A stretch of DNA of 64,000 nucleotides from Vicinamibacteria bacterium (GTDB taxonomy: Bacteria > Acidobacteriota > Vicinamibacteria > Marinacidobacterales > Marinacidobacteraceae). The stretch lies in assembly GCA_965232015.1 (NCBI GenBank), contig OZ246946.1, positions 245,562 through 309,561 on the forward strand, given 5' to 3'. Each line of letters begins with the position of its first letter. The first letter of the stretch is position 1. The notes under the pieces were generated by a model. It was not told the DNA's origin and made no database searches. It saw nothing but the letters and a program-made list of their open reading frames with translations. The position numbers were made by a program, and so were the translations under genes. Positions 37,995-48,631 of this stretch are shown piece after piece.

Positions 37995-39488
37995 GTGACC
38001 ACGGACCGGTTCGAAACCGTGATCGGGCTCGAAGTCCACGTGCAGCTCGACACCCGGACCAAGCTGTTCTGCCCCTGCCGCAACACGTTCGGCGAGCCGC
38101 CCAACTCGCAGATCTGTCCGGTCTGTTACGGCCTCCCCGGGGCGCTTCCGGTTCCGAACCTCCGCGCCGTGGAACTCGCAGTCGTCGCGGCGCTCGCGCT
38201 CGACTGCGAGGTGGAGCCGGAGTCCATCTTCGAGCGGAAGAACTACTTCTACCCCGATCTGCCGAAGGGCTACCAGATCACCCAGTACGACAGGCCGATC
38301 GCCCGGCGCGGCGGCGTCCGGATCCAGGTGGGAGACGCGTCTCCGCGCATCATCCGCATTCACCGCATCCAGCTCGAGGAGGACGCCGGAAAGCTGGTCC
38401 ACGACGGCTACCGGGGGTCGGAGGAAGGGAGCGGGGTGGACTTCAACCGGGCCGGCGTCCCGCTCATCGAGATCGTGAGCGAGCCCGATCTTCGGTCCGC
38501 CGCCGAAGCGGGCGACTACGCCCGCACCCTCCGGCAGCGCATCGTCCACGCCGGGGTCTCCGACGCCGACATGGAGAAGGGCAACCTGCGGATGGACGGG
38601 AACATTTCGATCCGCCGCCGCGGGGATGCCGCTCTCGGCGCGAAGGTGGAGCTGAAGAACCTGAACTCCTTCCGCTATCTCGAGCGGGCGCTCGCCTACG
38701 AGGAGGTCCGTCAGCGGAGGATCCTCCGCTCCGGAGGCGTCGTGGTCCAGGAGACGCGCCTGTTCGACGAGGGCCAGGGCCGCAGCTTCGCCATGCGGTC
38801 CAAGGAGGAGGCGGCCGATTACCGCTACTTCCCCGACCCGGACCTGCCCCCGCTGCGGTTGCCGCCGGGGCTGGTGGAGTCCGCCCGCGCCGGACTCCCC
38901 GAGTTCCCGACCGACCGGGCCGCGCGCTTCGTCCGCGACTACGGGATTCCGGAGGACGCCGCCCACCAGATCGCGGCGCGGCGCGGGCTCGCCTCGTACT
39001 TCGAGACTGTCGTCGAGGCGGCTGCGGGGTCCGGGACCCCGGCCCGCGACGTCGCGCCGGTCGCGGCGGCGTTCCTGACCACCGATGTCGTCGCGCGCGA
39101 GAAGCAGGACGGCGGCTTCCGCGCGCCGCCGCGCCCCCTCGGCCAACTGATGGCCCGCCTCGCCGACGGCCGGCTGCCCCGCAACGCGGTTCGGGATCTC
39201 TTCAACGCGCTCGCCGACCGCGGGGAGGATGCTCCCGAACTCGATGCGCTGATCGCCGAGCTCGGGTTCGACCATTTCGCCGGCGGGGACCGCCTCGAGC
39301 GGGCGGCGGCGGAGGTTGTCGCGGCGTACCCCGACGAGGCGGCGGCCTACCGGTCCGGCAGGAAGAAGGTCATCGGCTTCCTCATGGGTCGGCTCCTGCG
39401 CGAACTCCGCGGCAAGGCGGACGCCCGGGCCGCCCGCTCCGCGCTCGAACGGGTGCTCGAAGGAGCGCCGGACTCCAGTACGGCCTGA
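37995..39488 (+). CDS. gatB: Asp-tRNA(Asn)/Glu-tRNA(Gln) amidotransferase subunit B
   Basis: FETVIGLEVHVQL, CPCRNTFGEPPNSQICPVCYGLPG, and the GatB/YqeY C-terminal domain. GTG start. Confidence 0.9.
   Translation: MTTDRFETVIGLEVHVQLDTRTKLFCPCRNTFGEPPNSQICPVCYGLPGALPVPNLRAVELAVVAALALDCEVEPESIFERKNYFYPDLPKGYQITQYDRPIARRGGVRIQVGDASPRIIRIHRIQLEEDAGKLVHDGYRGSEEGSGVDFNRAGVPLIEIVSEPDLRSAAEAGDYARTLRQRIVHAGVSDADMEKGNLRMDGNISIRRRGDAALGAKVELKNLNSFRYLERALAYEEVRQRRILRSGGVVVQETRLFDEGQGRSFAMRSKEEAADYRYFPDPDLPPLRLPPGLVESARAGLPEFPTDRAARFVRDYGIPEDAAHQIAARRGLASYFETVVEAAAGSGTPARDVAPVAAAFLTTDVVAREKQDGGFRAPPRPLGQLMARLADGRLPRNAVRDLFNALADRGEDAPELDALIAELGFDHFAGGDRLERAAAEVVAAYPDEAAAYRSGRKKVIGFLMGRLLRELRGKADARAARSALERVLEGAPDSSTA
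39463..39485. repeat. single REP-like unit at the gatB / kinase junction
   Basis: GGAGCGCCGGACTCCAGTACGGCC. Confidence 0.7.
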
Positions 39489-40159
39489 CCGCGCTCGCGC
39501 CGCTCGTCGCCATCGCCGGCGCGAGCTGCACCGGAAAGACCCGGTTCGCGCGGAAGCTGGCGGAGGCGCTCGCTCCCCGCCGCGCGGTGGCGCTGTCGCT
39601 CGACGACTACTACCGGGACACCTCGCACCTCACCCGCGCCGAACGCCGCCGGGTGAACTACGACGAGCCGGCGGCGTTCGCGCTCGACGCCTTCGTCACC
39701 GATCTGCGGGCGGTTCGTCGGGGCGGCATCGCGCCGCGGCGCCGCTACGACTTCGCGACCGGCGCCGCCCGGACCGACGGCGCGCTGGGACCGGCGGACA
39801 TCGTGCTCGCCGAAGGACTGTTCGCCCTCCGCGAGCCGCGGATCGCCGAGGCCGCCAACCTCCGCATCCTCCTCGAAGGGGACGACGACCGCCTCCTCGC
39901 GCGGCGCGTCACCCGGGACGGCGCCGAGCGCGCCTACAGCCCGGAGGAGGTCGAGGAGCGTTTCCGGAGCACCGTGATCCCGTCGCAGCGCCGGTTCCTC
40001 CGCGGTGCGGCGGAGGGGGCCGATCTGGTGTTCCCGATGGACTGGGGCAGCCGCGATGTCGCACTCGCCGCCTTCCGTCTCCTTCCTTCGGATGGCCGCG
40101 GCGGGGATACTTGCGGCCGGAGACGACCCCGCCAGCCCCGGAAAGGACTCAATCCGTGA
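39485..40159 (+). CDS. uridine kinase / phosphoribulokinase-family nucleoside kinase
   Basis: P-loop LVAIAGASCTGKTRF and LSLDDYYRD. There is no ATG/GTG/TTG upstream of the P-loop. CTG at 39485 overlaps the gatB stop, so the start is uncertain. Confidence 0.55.
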   Translation: MTALAPLVAIAGASCTGKTRFARKLAEALAPRRAVALSLDDYYRDTSHLTRAERRRVNYDEPAAFALDAFVTDLRAVRRGGIAPRRRYDFATGAARTDGALGPADIVLAEGLFALREPRIAEAANLRILLEGDDDRLLARRVTRDGAERAYSPEEVEERFRSTVIPSQRRFLRGAAEGADLVFPMDWGSRDVALAAFRLLPSDGRGGDTCGRRRPRQPRKGLNP

Positions 40160-40992
40160 CCGCCCCCATCCTTCGCATCGGGCACAGCCCCGATCCCGAC
40201 GACGCCTTCATGTTCTGCGCCCTCGCCCACGGCGCGGTCCGGATCCGCGACTACGAAGTCGAGCACGTCCTCGAGGACATCGAGAGCCTGAACCGGCGGG
40301 CGATGCGGGGCGACCTCCCGATCACCGCGATCTCGGCCCACGCCTACCTCTCGGTGGCGGACCGCTACTGGATCATGGCGTCGGGCGCGAGCATGGGCGA
40401 GAACTACGGTCCGGTGGTCGTGAGCCGCCGTCCCGGAAGCCTCGCCGACCTCGTCGGCCGCCGGGTCGCGATCCCCGGCCCGCGGACCACCGCCGCGCTG
40501 CTGGCGCGCTGCTACATCGGCGACTTCGAACCGGTCGTCGTCCCCTTCGACGAGATCTTCGACGCGGTGGACGAGGGCCGCGCCGAGGCCGGGGTGGTGA
40601 TCCACGAGGGGCAGCTCACCTACGGCGCGCGCGGCTACCACCTGCTCTCCGACTTCGGCGTCCGCTGGGAGGAGGAGTGCGGTCTGCCGCTCCCGCTCGG
40701 GCTCGATGTGGTGCGCCGGGATCTCGGCCGGGAACTCGCGACCGAAGTGAACCGGGCGATGCGCGACAGCATCGACTGGGCCTACGCCAACGAGGACGAG
40801 GCGCTCGACTACGCGCTGCAGTTCGGGCGCGGGCTCGAGCGCGAGCTGGGACGACGTTTCGTCAAGATGTACGTCTCGGCGCTCACCCGGGACATGGGAG
40901 ACGCCGGCGAGGCGGCGCTCAGGCGATTGTTCGCGATGGCCGCGGAGGCGGGCGTCGTCGAGGAAGCCCCCGACTTCACGCTGATCCGGTAA
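40156..40992 (+). CDS. MqnA/MqnD-family protein (futalosine-pathway menaquinone biosynthesis, PF02621)
   Basis: ILRIGHSPDPDDAFMFCALAHGAV and ISAHAY. GTG start overlaps the kinase stop. Confidence 0.7.
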   Translation: MTAPILRIGHSPDPDDAFMFCALAHGAVRIRDYEVEHVLEDIESLNRRAMRGDLPITAISAHAYLSVADRYWIMASGASMGENYGPVVVSRRPGSLADLVGRRVAIPGPRTTAALLARCYIGDFEPVVVPFDEIFDAVDEGRAEAGVVIHEGQLTYGARGYHLLSDFGVRWEEECGLPLPLGLDVVRRDLGRELATEVNRAMRDSIDWAYANEDEALDYALQFGRGLERELGRRFVKMYVSALTRDMGDAGEAALRRLFAMAAEAGVVEEAPDFTLIR

Positions 40993-41035
40993 CGGCCGCC
41001 CGCGCCGAAGGGCAAGGAGTAAGGAAGAGATCGCC

Positions 41036-41827
41036 ATGCTGCTCGCGTTCGACGTCGGCAACACCAAGACGGCGATCGGGCTCCACGACGGCGGGCAGTG
41101 GGTCCACGCCTGGCGGGTGTCCACCCGGCCCGGCCGGCTCCCGGACGAAATGGCGGTGCAGCTCGACGGGCTCCTCCGCCTCGCCGGACACTCGCGGGAG
41201 CGGATCGTCCGGCTGGCGGCGGCGAGCGTCGTGCCGGCGGTGACCGGCGCGCTCCGGGATCTCTCCGAACGGCGCTTCGGGAGTCCGCTCTTCGTGCTCG
41301 ACCACCGGACCGCGCACGGCATCACCCTCGCGGTGGAGACCCCCGAGGACACCGGGCCCGACCGGATCGCGAACACGATCGCCGTCCACCACCACCACGG
41401 CGTGGACGCCATCGTGCTCGACGCCGGGACGGCGCTGACCTTCGATGTGATCTCGCGCGACGGCGAGTACCGGGGCGGAGCGATCGCCCCCGGGCTCGGG
41501 GTTTCGGCGGAGGCGCTCGTCGGACGCACCGCCCGCCTGCCGCGGATCGAGCTGAAGCCGCCGAAGCGCGTCGTCGGCCGGGACACGGTGTCGGCGCTCC
41601 GCTCGGGGCTCGTCCTCGGGTGGACCGGCATGGTCCGCGAGATGGTCCGGTTGCTCCGCGCCGAGGTCGGCGGCGAGCCGCTGGTGATCGCCACCGGCGG
41701 CGCCGCCCGTCAGGTCGCGGACTGGAGCGGGGTGGTGGACCGGGTGGACGAGCGCCTCACGCTCGAGGGCGTCCGCCTCGCCTGGTCCCGGGACCGCGCC
41801 GGGAAGCCGGGGAGCGCCGTTACCTGA
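41036..41827 (+). CDS. coaX: type III pantothenate kinase
   Basis: MLLAFDVGNTKTAIGL and GGAIAPG are CoaX motifs. Confidence 0.85.
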   Translation: MLLAFDVGNTKTAIGLHDGGQWVHAWRVSTRPGRLPDEMAVQLDGLLRLAGHSRERIVRLAAASVVPAVTGALRDLSERRFGSPLFVLDHRTAHGITLAVETPEDTGPDRIANTIAVHHHHGVDAIVLDAGTALTFDVISRDGEYRGGAIAPGLGVSAEALVGRTARLPRIELKPPKRVVGRDTVSALRSGLVLGWTGMVREMVRLLRAEVGGEPLVIATGGAARQVADWSGVVDRVDERLTLEGVRLAWSRDRAGKPGSAVT

Positions 41828-42593
41828 CGCGAACCCCGGCGAGTCGCCCGACCTGGCCGATCGCGGCGCCGAAGGTCGCGAACTGCCAGAACATCCCCGG
41901 GATCACCCCGACGATGCACAGCACGATCGAGAGATCCCCGAGGATCGCGATGAAGATGAGGGTGAGGAGCAGGAAGAAGTAGTTCCCGCGGGCCCGGCGG
42001 ACGTTGTCGAAGGCGTCCCCGAACGCGAATCCGGAGCCCAGCGATCCGGTGGCGGCGAGGTTCATCAGGTTGGCCGGGAGGATGCCCTTCGCGAGGAGCA
42101 CCGTCATCATGAGCAGGAAGAGGGAGAAGAGCCCGATCAGCGCGCCGACGACCATCAGGCCGGGGGCGTCGTCGGCTTCGCCGAACCCGATGAGCATGCC
42201 CCCGAAAGCGAGGAGCGCCAACCCGACCGCGACCGCGACCACGATGTGGACGACGATCACGATGGCGGCCTTGAGCCCGTCCATCAGGATGCCTCCGAAC
42301 TCGTCCCCCCAGTCCGGCATGGGATGCTCGTCGCCCCGCATCACGCCGCGGGCGGTGCGGAGCCCGAACCCGAGCAGCAGGAACAATCCGAGCCCGAGGA
42401 ACGGGATGAGCAGCACCGCGACGCACCCCACCAGGAACTTGCCGAGGGCGTGCGGATCGCGAAACGCCGTCCCCAGGACGCTGGAGAAATCGAACCGGCC
42501 GGAGGCGTCGTCGGCTGGCGGCGGCGCGCCGGGTTCGGGGGGTGGTGGGGGAGCGCCCGGCGAGGAGCCCTGGGTGGCGGATGCGTCGTTCAC
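41820..42593 (-). CDS. DUF4013-like polytopic membrane protein with Pro-rich N-terminus
   Basis: Multiple TM helices, N-terminal PPPPPEPGAPPP. Confidence 0.6.
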   Translation of the reverse strand: MNDASATQGSSPGAPPPPPEPGAPPPADDASGRFDFSSVLGTAFRDPHALGKFLVGCVAVLLIPFLGLGLFLLLGFGLRTARGVMRGDEHPMPDWGDEFGGILMDGLKAAIVIVVHIVVAVAVGLALLAFGGMLIGFGEADDAPGLMVVGALIGLFSLFLLMMTVLLAKGILPANLMNLAATGSLGSGFAFGDAFDNVRRARGNYFFLLLTLIFIAILGDLSIVLCIVGVIPGMFWQFATFGAAIGQVGRLAGVRVR

Positions 42594-42654
42594 TTCGAAT
42601 GGTCCTTTCGGGGCGTCCGCCCCGGTATCCTTTCCTGCTTCGCTCTGAATCAGG

Positions 42655-42870
42655 CTGTGGACAAAGTCACGCGGCCCGGTTCTCCCGGCAGGGCTCGAGC
42701 GGCGATGTAACCGGGCTGGCCCCCACCGGGAGAACTGGCGCGCCCCTCCGCTACGCTCCGGGCCGCTGTTCGTTGCGCATCGGTCGAAAGACGGTGCGGT
42801 CTTCCTCCCTCGCGCGCCTGGTCAGCCGGGTGCCTCACCGCTCTCGGCGCTCACGCGACTTCATCCACAG
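42655..42870. mobile_element. 216-bp MITE-like element, copy 2
   Basis: Same TIRs and internal blocks as 444-659, with internal block order partly rearranged. Sits in the divergent acnA promoter region. Confidence 0.6.
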
Positions 42871-42882
42871 CCTCTTACGCAA

Positions 42883-45588
42883 ATGCTACGGAATCCGTTC
42901 AACTCCCTCGAAACTCACGAAACCCCCGACGGCCCGGCGCGGATCTACGCGCTCGACGCCCTCGAGCGGGCCGGTCTCGGTTCCCTGTCGCGGCTCCCGT
43001 TCTCGATCCGCGTTCTCCTCGAGTGCCTGCTGCGCAACGAGGACGGCCGCACCGTCACCGAGGACGACGTGGCCGGGCTCATCGCATGGGACGGCAAGAG
43101 CCCGTCCCGGCGGGAGGTTCCGTTCCGCCCCGCCCGGGTCGTCCTGCAGGACTTCACCGGGGTTCCGGCGCTCGTGGATCTCGCGGCGATGCGGTCGGCC
43201 CTCGCCCGCATGGGTGGCGATCCGTCCCGGATCAATCCGAAGGCGCCGGTGGATCTCGTCATTGATCACTCGGTCGTCGTGGACGCCTTCGGCAGCCCGA
43301 TGGCGCACCGCGAAAACGCGAAGCGCGAGTTCGAGCGGAACCAGGAGCGCTACCGGTTCCTGCGGTGGGGCCAGAAGGCGTTCTCGCGCTTCCGCGTGGT
43401 CCCGCCCGCGACCGGGATCGTCCACCAGGTGAACCTCGAGCTGCTCGCCAAGGTGGTCGTCGCCGACGGGAAAGGGGACGAGCGGGTCCTGTTCCCCGAC
43501 ACCCTGGTGGGGACCGACTCCCACACCACCATGATCAACGGTCTCGGCGTCCTCGGCTGGGGCGTCGGCGGGATCGAGGCGGAAGCCGCGATGCTCGGCC
43601 AGCCCTGCTACCTGATCACGCCGCGCGTCGTCGGGTTCCGGCTGTCGGGCGAACTTGCGGAAGGCGTCACCGCGACCGACCTCGTCCTCACGATCACCGA
43701 GCGCCTGCGCGCTCACGGCGTCGTCGAGAGCTTCGTCGAATTCTTCGGCGAGGGGCTCGCGCAGATCTCCCTCTCGGATCGCGCCACCGTCGCCAACATG
43801 GCGCCCGAGTACGGGGCCACCATGGGGTTCTTCCCGGTGGACGCCGAGACGCTCGCCTACCTCCGCCGCACCGGCCGCACCGACGAGGAAGTGGATCGGG
43901 TGGAGGCCTACACGAAGCGGCAGGGTCTCTTCCGCACCGACGAGACCCCGGACCCCGAGTACTCGGATGTCCTCGATCTCGACCTCGGTTCGGTGGTTCC
44001 GAGCCTCGCCGGACCCAAGCGGCCGCAGGACCGGGTGGCGCTCTCCGACATGAAGCGCGCGTTCCGCGAGTCGCTCAGCGCGCCGGTGGGCGCGAGCGGC
44101 TTCGGACTCGCGGCGGACGAGCTGGGCCGCACCGCGAACGCCGGGAACGGCGCCAACCTCGGCCACGGCGCCGTCGTCATCGCAGCGATCACCTCCTGCA
44201 CGAACACATCGAACGCCGGCGTCATGCTGGCGGCCGGCCTGCTGGCGCGCAAGGCGGTGGAGCGGGGGCTGCTGACGCCTTCCCACGTGAAGACCTCGCT
44301 GGCGCCCGGCTCCAAGGCGGTCACCGAGTACCTGCAGGAGGCGGGACTGCTCGGCCCGCTCGCCGATCTGGGCTTCCACCTCGTCGGCTACGGCTGCACC
44401 ACCTGCATCGGGAACAGCGGCCCGCTTCCGGAGGCCGTGGACCAGGCGATCCACGGCGCCGATCTGGTGGCGGCGTCGGTCCTCTCCGGCAATCGGAACT
44501 TCGAGGGCCGGGTCCACGCGAGCGTGCGCGCGAACTACCTCGCCTCGCCACCGCTGGTGGTCGCCTATGCGCTCGCCGGGACGGTGGACATCAATCTGAC
44601 GACCGAACCGCTCGGGAGGGATGCGAACGGCGACGCGGTCTACCTGCGCGACCTCTGGCCGAGCAGCGACGAGGTCAGCGCCGCGCTCGACCGGGCGCTC
44701 CGGCCGGAGACGTTCCGGCGGATGTACGGGAACGTCTGGAACGGCAACCCGACCTGGAACGAGATCCCGGTGGACGCCTCCGAGCTCTACCCTTGGGACG
44801 AGACCTCCACCTACATCCAGGAGCCCCCGTTCTTCGAGGGGATGAGCGTCGCCCCGTCCGCCCCCGCCGATGTGGAAGATGCGCGCATCCTTGTTCTATG
44901 TGGGGATTCGGTCACCACCGACCACATCTCCCCGGCGGGATCCATCGCCGGCGACGCGCCCGCCGCCGCGTATCTGGAGGACCGCGGCGTCTCCCGGCGC
45001 GATTTCAACTCCTACGGCTCCCGGCGCGGGAACGATCGGATCATGCTGCGCGGCACGTTCGCGAACATCCGGTTCCGCAACGAGCTGGTGCCCGGGGTAG
45101 AGGGCGGCTTCACCGTCCACCACCCGTCGGGAGAGCGGACGACGATCTTCGAGGCGGCGCGCCGCTACCGGGAGGAAGGCGCTCCGCTCGTCATCCTCGC
45201 CGGCAGGGAGTACGGCACCGGATCCTCCCGGGACTGGGCCGCGAAGGGCACCCTCCTCCTCGGCGTGCGCGCCGTGATCGCGGAGAGCTTCGAGCGCATC
45301 CACCGCAGCAACCTGGTCGGCATGGGAGTGCTCCCTCTCGAGTTCCCGGAGGGGGAGAGCGCGGCCTCGCTCGGCCTCCGGGGCGACGAGACGATCCGGA
45401 TCACCGGCGTCGCCAACGGGCTCGCCCCGGGAACGGAGCTCGAGGTGACCGCCACGGCGGCCGACGGCTCCACCCGGACGTTCAGCGCCCGCTGCCGCCT
45501 CGACTCGGCCGTCGAGGTGGACTACTACCGCAACGGCGGCATCCTCCCCACCGTCCTCCGCGAGCTCGCCAGCGGCCGCCCGGACTAG
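42883..45588 (+). CDS. acnA: aconitate hydratase A
   Basis: Full-length aconitase with 4Fe-4S cluster-ligand motifs and SRDWAAKG... swivel domain. Confidence 0.95.
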   Translation: MLRNPFNSLETHETPDGPARIYALDALERAGLGSLSRLPFSIRVLLECLLRNEDGRTVTEDDVAGLIAWDGKSPSRREVPFRPARVVLQDFTGVPALVDLAAMRSALARMGGDPSRINPKAPVDLVIDHSVVVDAFGSPMAHRENAKREFERNQERYRFLRWGQKAFSRFRVVPPATGIVHQVNLELLAKVVVADGKGDERVLFPDTLVGTDSHTTMINGLGVLGWGVGGIEAEAAMLGQPCYLITPRVVGFRLSGELAEGVTATDLVLTITERLRAHGVVESFVEFFGEGLAQISLSDRATVANMAPEYGATMGFFPVDAETLAYLRRTGRTDEEVDRVEAYTKRQGLFRTDETPDPEYSDVLDLDLGSVVPSLAGPKRPQDRVALSDMKRAFRESLSAPVGASGFGLAADELGRTANAGNGANLGHGAVVIAAITSCTNTSNAGVMLAAGLLARKAVERGLLTPSHVKTSLAPGSKAVTEYLQEAGLLGPLADLGFHLVGYGCTTCIGNSGPLPEAVDQAIHGADLVAASVLSGNRNFEGRVHASVRANYLASPPLVVAYALAGTVDINLTTEPLGRDANGDAVYLRDLWPSSDEVSAALDRALRPETFRRMYGNVWNGNPTWNEIPVDASELYPWDETSTYIQEPPFFEGMSVAPSAPADVEDARILVLCGDSVTTDHISPAGSIAGDAPAAAYLEDRGVSRRDFNSYGSRRGNDRIMLRGTFANIRFRNELVPGVEGGFTVHHPSGERTTIFEAARRYREEGAPLVILAGREYGTGSSRDWAAKGTLLLGVRAVIAESFERIHRSNLVGMGVLPLEFPEGESAASLGLRGDETIRITGVANGLAPGTELEVTATAADGSTRTFSARCRLDSAVEVDYYRNGGILPTVLRELASGRPD

Positions 45589-45620
45589 CGTCCGGCGCGG
45601 CCGCTGGCGAGCGCGTGGAA

Positions 45621-45808
45621 CGCCGGACTCCAGTCCGGCAATTTGCAGCCGGCGCTCCGCCCTCCAGTCCCCTGCCGGCGCGCCTTGCCGGCGCGCCGGA
45701 CTCCAGTCCGGCAATTTGCTGCCGGCGCTCCGCCCTCCAGTCCCTTGCCGGCGCGCCGGACTCCAGTCCGGCAATTTGCAGCCGGCGCTCCGCGCTGCCG
45801 GCGCGCCG
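45621..45808. repeat. REP-like repeat cluster (about 6 units)
   Basis: Repeated GCCGGACTCCAGTCCGGCAATTTGC units between convergent genes. Confidence 0.85.
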
Positions 45809-45838
45809 CCCCCGGATCAAGCCGAAGCCACCCCGAAC

Positions 45839-48631
45839 TCAGGTCACCGGTCTCACACCGCCCTTCCGGCCAAGACCGTATCCGACCCGAAACACGTCGG
45901 GGATGTCCACGCGACCGTCTCGGAGACGCCGGAACACCCCGATAGCCTCGAGATCCTCACGACGCCGGGCGCCTCGGCGACCGAGGCCCCTGGGCGGAAG
46001 CTCGGCTCCGCTGCCTTCCATCCGATCCGAGACCCCATCGGTGGCGTCCGTGGTCTGCCAGATCTGCTTGATGACGTCGAAGGCGCAGGGAACGACCGTC
46101 CCGGAGAGCGGACGGAGAAGGAGTTCCACCCACGGGTAATCCTCCCCGAGTTCCCGGATGCGAATCTTCGATGCTTCCCGGACTCCGCGCTTCACGCTCT
46201 CGTAATGCAGCGCGTACCGGTAATCCGGGTAGCGATCCGCCGTGTTGGCGGCCGCAGCTCGCAGCGCCTCGATGAACGATCGCGGGCTCACGTTGCCGTC
46301 GGCGTCTCCCAGGTGGTTCGGGATCCAGGTGTAGGGGAACCCCCGCCTCCGGTCCCGACCCATCCACGGTCCGGTGATCACCGAGTGAAACAGCTTCCGA
46401 CGGGTTTCTTCGTCGATCGCCGGGGACCGAAAATAGAGCTGGTTCCCGACTTCGGTGGCCTCCCAGCCGTCAGGCCCCAGCAGAGGGCGCAGCTCCTCTC
46501 CGCGGTCTCCGTTGCCGAGGTACTGCCATAGCATCCCGTAGAGGGCGTCCCGCGGCCAGGAGAGTTCCACGCTGGAATTGAGCACCTTGGACGCATCCGG
46601 GAAATCGGCTATGCACGACTCCTGCGCCTGATCGAGTCGGAGGAAGACCTTCGCGCGCAGCCTCCGGAAGGACCGCATATCGAGCGCGTGGCGAAGCAGG
46701 CCTCGGATCAAGTCGAGAACGGAGGGCCAGTCGTCAGCGCTGCGATCGAGCCCGTCGAACAGCAGCAGGGAGGTTCGGCCCCGCCGGTCGAACCGACCGT
46801 CGCAGTCACGAAACAGGCGGGCAACCCCTTCCGGATTCTCCTCCACATGCTTCACGCGCCGGGACCAGGAATCCAGGGCCTTCAGGGAGTGACCCGCCTC
46901 CGCGAGCTGGTGCGCATGCACGGTGCGCCAGATGTCTCGATGTCGTGAACCGGACGCGATGATGGTCCGAATCTCATCCGGTCCCGGGTAGAAGTTCGGC
47001 GCCTCGACGACACCGAACCCGGGTCCCACATCGGTTGGCGCCCCCGGAAACCGGCGCTGAGGCGAGTCGAGCGCCAGCAGCTTCCGGGTCGAGGCCTGCT
47101 GCAGCGCGCTCCACCAGAAGGTCTTGCCGGCCCCCCTCATCCCCGTCACGAGCAGGACATCGGGATCCAGCGCCTTGCGGTGAGCGGGCGACAGGTACAC
47201 ATGGGAGAGAGGCGGCGCGGCGCCGTGGCTCGTACCCTCCGGAAGATCGCGCAGGGCGGCGCGGGCGATCTCGGCATCGCGCGTCGCTGCGGAGGGCCTC
47301 CCTGTCTTGAGCTCAAACGTCGAGCCGACCGCGGATCCTCCGAACTCCCCCGCAGCGAGGCCACGGTGTTGCTGCCCGAAACGCTCGAGGAAGGGCGCGT
47401 AGGCCTGCATCACCACGGATTCACCGAGGCGTCGCAGCGGAGTTCCCCCGGCGAATCCGCGATTCCAGTGGATGACCAGCGGACTGTGGGGCGCATCCTC
47501 CTCCGCGACATCGTAGGAAACCGGATCGGCGGACGCGTCGCCGGCTCCTCCCAGCGTGTCGTAGAGACAGTCCCGAAAGAGGTCCCAGGCGTTCTCGCGG
47601 AAGCTCGCGAGGTATCGGTCGGTGGCGATGTTCGGCGTCAGGCCGGAGACGAGCGACAGACGCTCGCGAATCTTGGACGCGAGTCCCAGCACCCTCCAGT
47701 GCTCGAAGAGAACCCGGTAGCCGGTCCAGGTGGCTGGAGAATCCACGCCGAACAGCAGAACCTCGGCCCCGACATCCATCAGCGTTGCGGCTGCGATGTC
47801 GTGGAGGCCGCTTCGGCTCTCCAGGAGAACAACGGTCGGCCTGAGTCTGGTTTCCAGAGAATGGAGCATGCGCCGAAGCCGAAGAGTCCAGGGGTCCGAC
47901 GCGGTGTCCATATACACCCGCCCCAGCTTGGCGAGGTATTCCCCCGGGTCGCGCCCGTGCGCTGGTGCAACCCACACGTTTCCCGGCAGATCGCGGGCCC
48001 AGGCCGGACTCCCCACCATGTCCGGGAGCACGCGGTCCCCCTGTCCGACCAGTTCCTCCACGAACCAGTCAGCGACCCCGAAGTCGGGTCGGGCCCGCTC
48101 TTCGAACAGCGCCGGCGCAAGACCCGGAGACTCGAGGTCCAGATCCACGGCCAGGACATCCTCTCCCCGGCGCGCGAGGTGCCAGGCGAGAACCGCCACT
48201 GTCGTGCTCCGGCCGACGCCCCCCTTGATCGAGTAGAGCGTGTACCGGAGTGGTCGTCCGTCGGTGTCCTCCTCGCCGAGCGTCCACCAGCCCCTGCCTG
48301 CGGTGAGCCGGTCGGCCAGGACGACTCCCGGAGCGATCTCCTGGGCCGTGCTCTCGAGCGTGCCAAGCAACCCGGGATCGCTCCACAACAACACCCGCTC
48401 CGCAGGACGCCCGTGAGCCCCGAGCCGGCGGTGTACCTCGCGAGCCAGTCTCTCGAGGGCGCTCCGCAGACGATCGTCGCCGTCGAACTCTTCGGAGACC
48501 GAGATCCCGACCCTGCCGAACAGATCTCGCACCACGTAGATGCGGGGAACGCCGTTCGGGAGGTCCGCCGCCTCGAACGCCGCCTTGAGCTGGCCTCGCA
48601 GCTCGTCGAACGGCACGAAGGGGATGCTCAT
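45839..48631 (-). CDS. 930-aa double P-loop protein: N-terminal unknown domain, ParA/MinD-like domain with deviant Walker A (SIKGGVGRST), and C-terminal NACHT/STAND-like NTPase
   Basis: ParA-like YSIKGGVGRSTTVAVLAWHLARRGEDVLAVDLDLESPGL. Second P-loop VLLVTGMRGAGKTFWW with NACHT-type Walker B LLLFDGLDRSADD. ATG overlaps the stop of the upstream small gene (ATGA). Confidence 0.7.
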   Translation of the reverse strand: MSIPFVPFDELRGQLKAAFEAADLPNGVPRIYVVRDLFGRVGISVSEEFDGDDRLRSALERLAREVHRRLGAHGRPAERVLLWSDPGLLGTLESTAQEIAPGVVLADRLTAGRGWWTLGEEDTDGRPLRYTLYSIKGGVGRSTTVAVLAWHLARRGEDVLAVDLDLESPGLAPALFEERARPDFGVADWFVEELVGQGDRVLPDMVGSPAWARDLPGNVWVAPAHGRDPGEYLAKLGRVYMDTASDPWTLRLRRMLHSLETRLRPTVVLLESRSGLHDIAAATLMDVGAEVLLFGVDSPATWTGYRVLFEHWRVLGLASKIRERLSLVSGLTPNIATDRYLASFRENAWDLFRDCLYDTLGGAGDASADPVSYDVAEEDAPHSPLVIHWNRGFAGGTPLRRLGESVVMQAYAPFLERFGQQHRGLAAGEFGGSAVGSTFELKTGRPSAATRDAEIARAALRDLPEGTSHGAAPPLSHVYLSPAHRKALDPDVLLVTGMRGAGKTFWWSALQQASTRKLLALDSPQRRFPGAPTDVGPGFGVVEAPNFYPGPDEIRTIIASGSRHRDIWRTVHAHQLAEAGHSLKALDSWSRRVKHVEENPEGVARLFRDCDGRFDRRGRTSLLLFDGLDRSADDWPSVLDLIRGLLRHALDMRSFRRLRAKVFLRLDQAQESCIADFPDASKVLNSSVELSWPRDALYGMLWQYLGNGDRGEELRPLLGPDGWEATEVGNQLYFRSPAIDEETRRKLFHSVITGPWMGRDRRRGFPYTWIPNHLGDADGNVSPRSFIEALRAAAANTADRYPDYRYALHYESVKRGVREASKIRIRELGEDYPWVELLLRPLSGTVVPCAFDVIKQIWQTTDATDGVSDRMEGSGAELPPRGLGRRGARRREDLEAIGVFRRLRDGRVDIPDVFRVGYGLGRKGGVRPVT

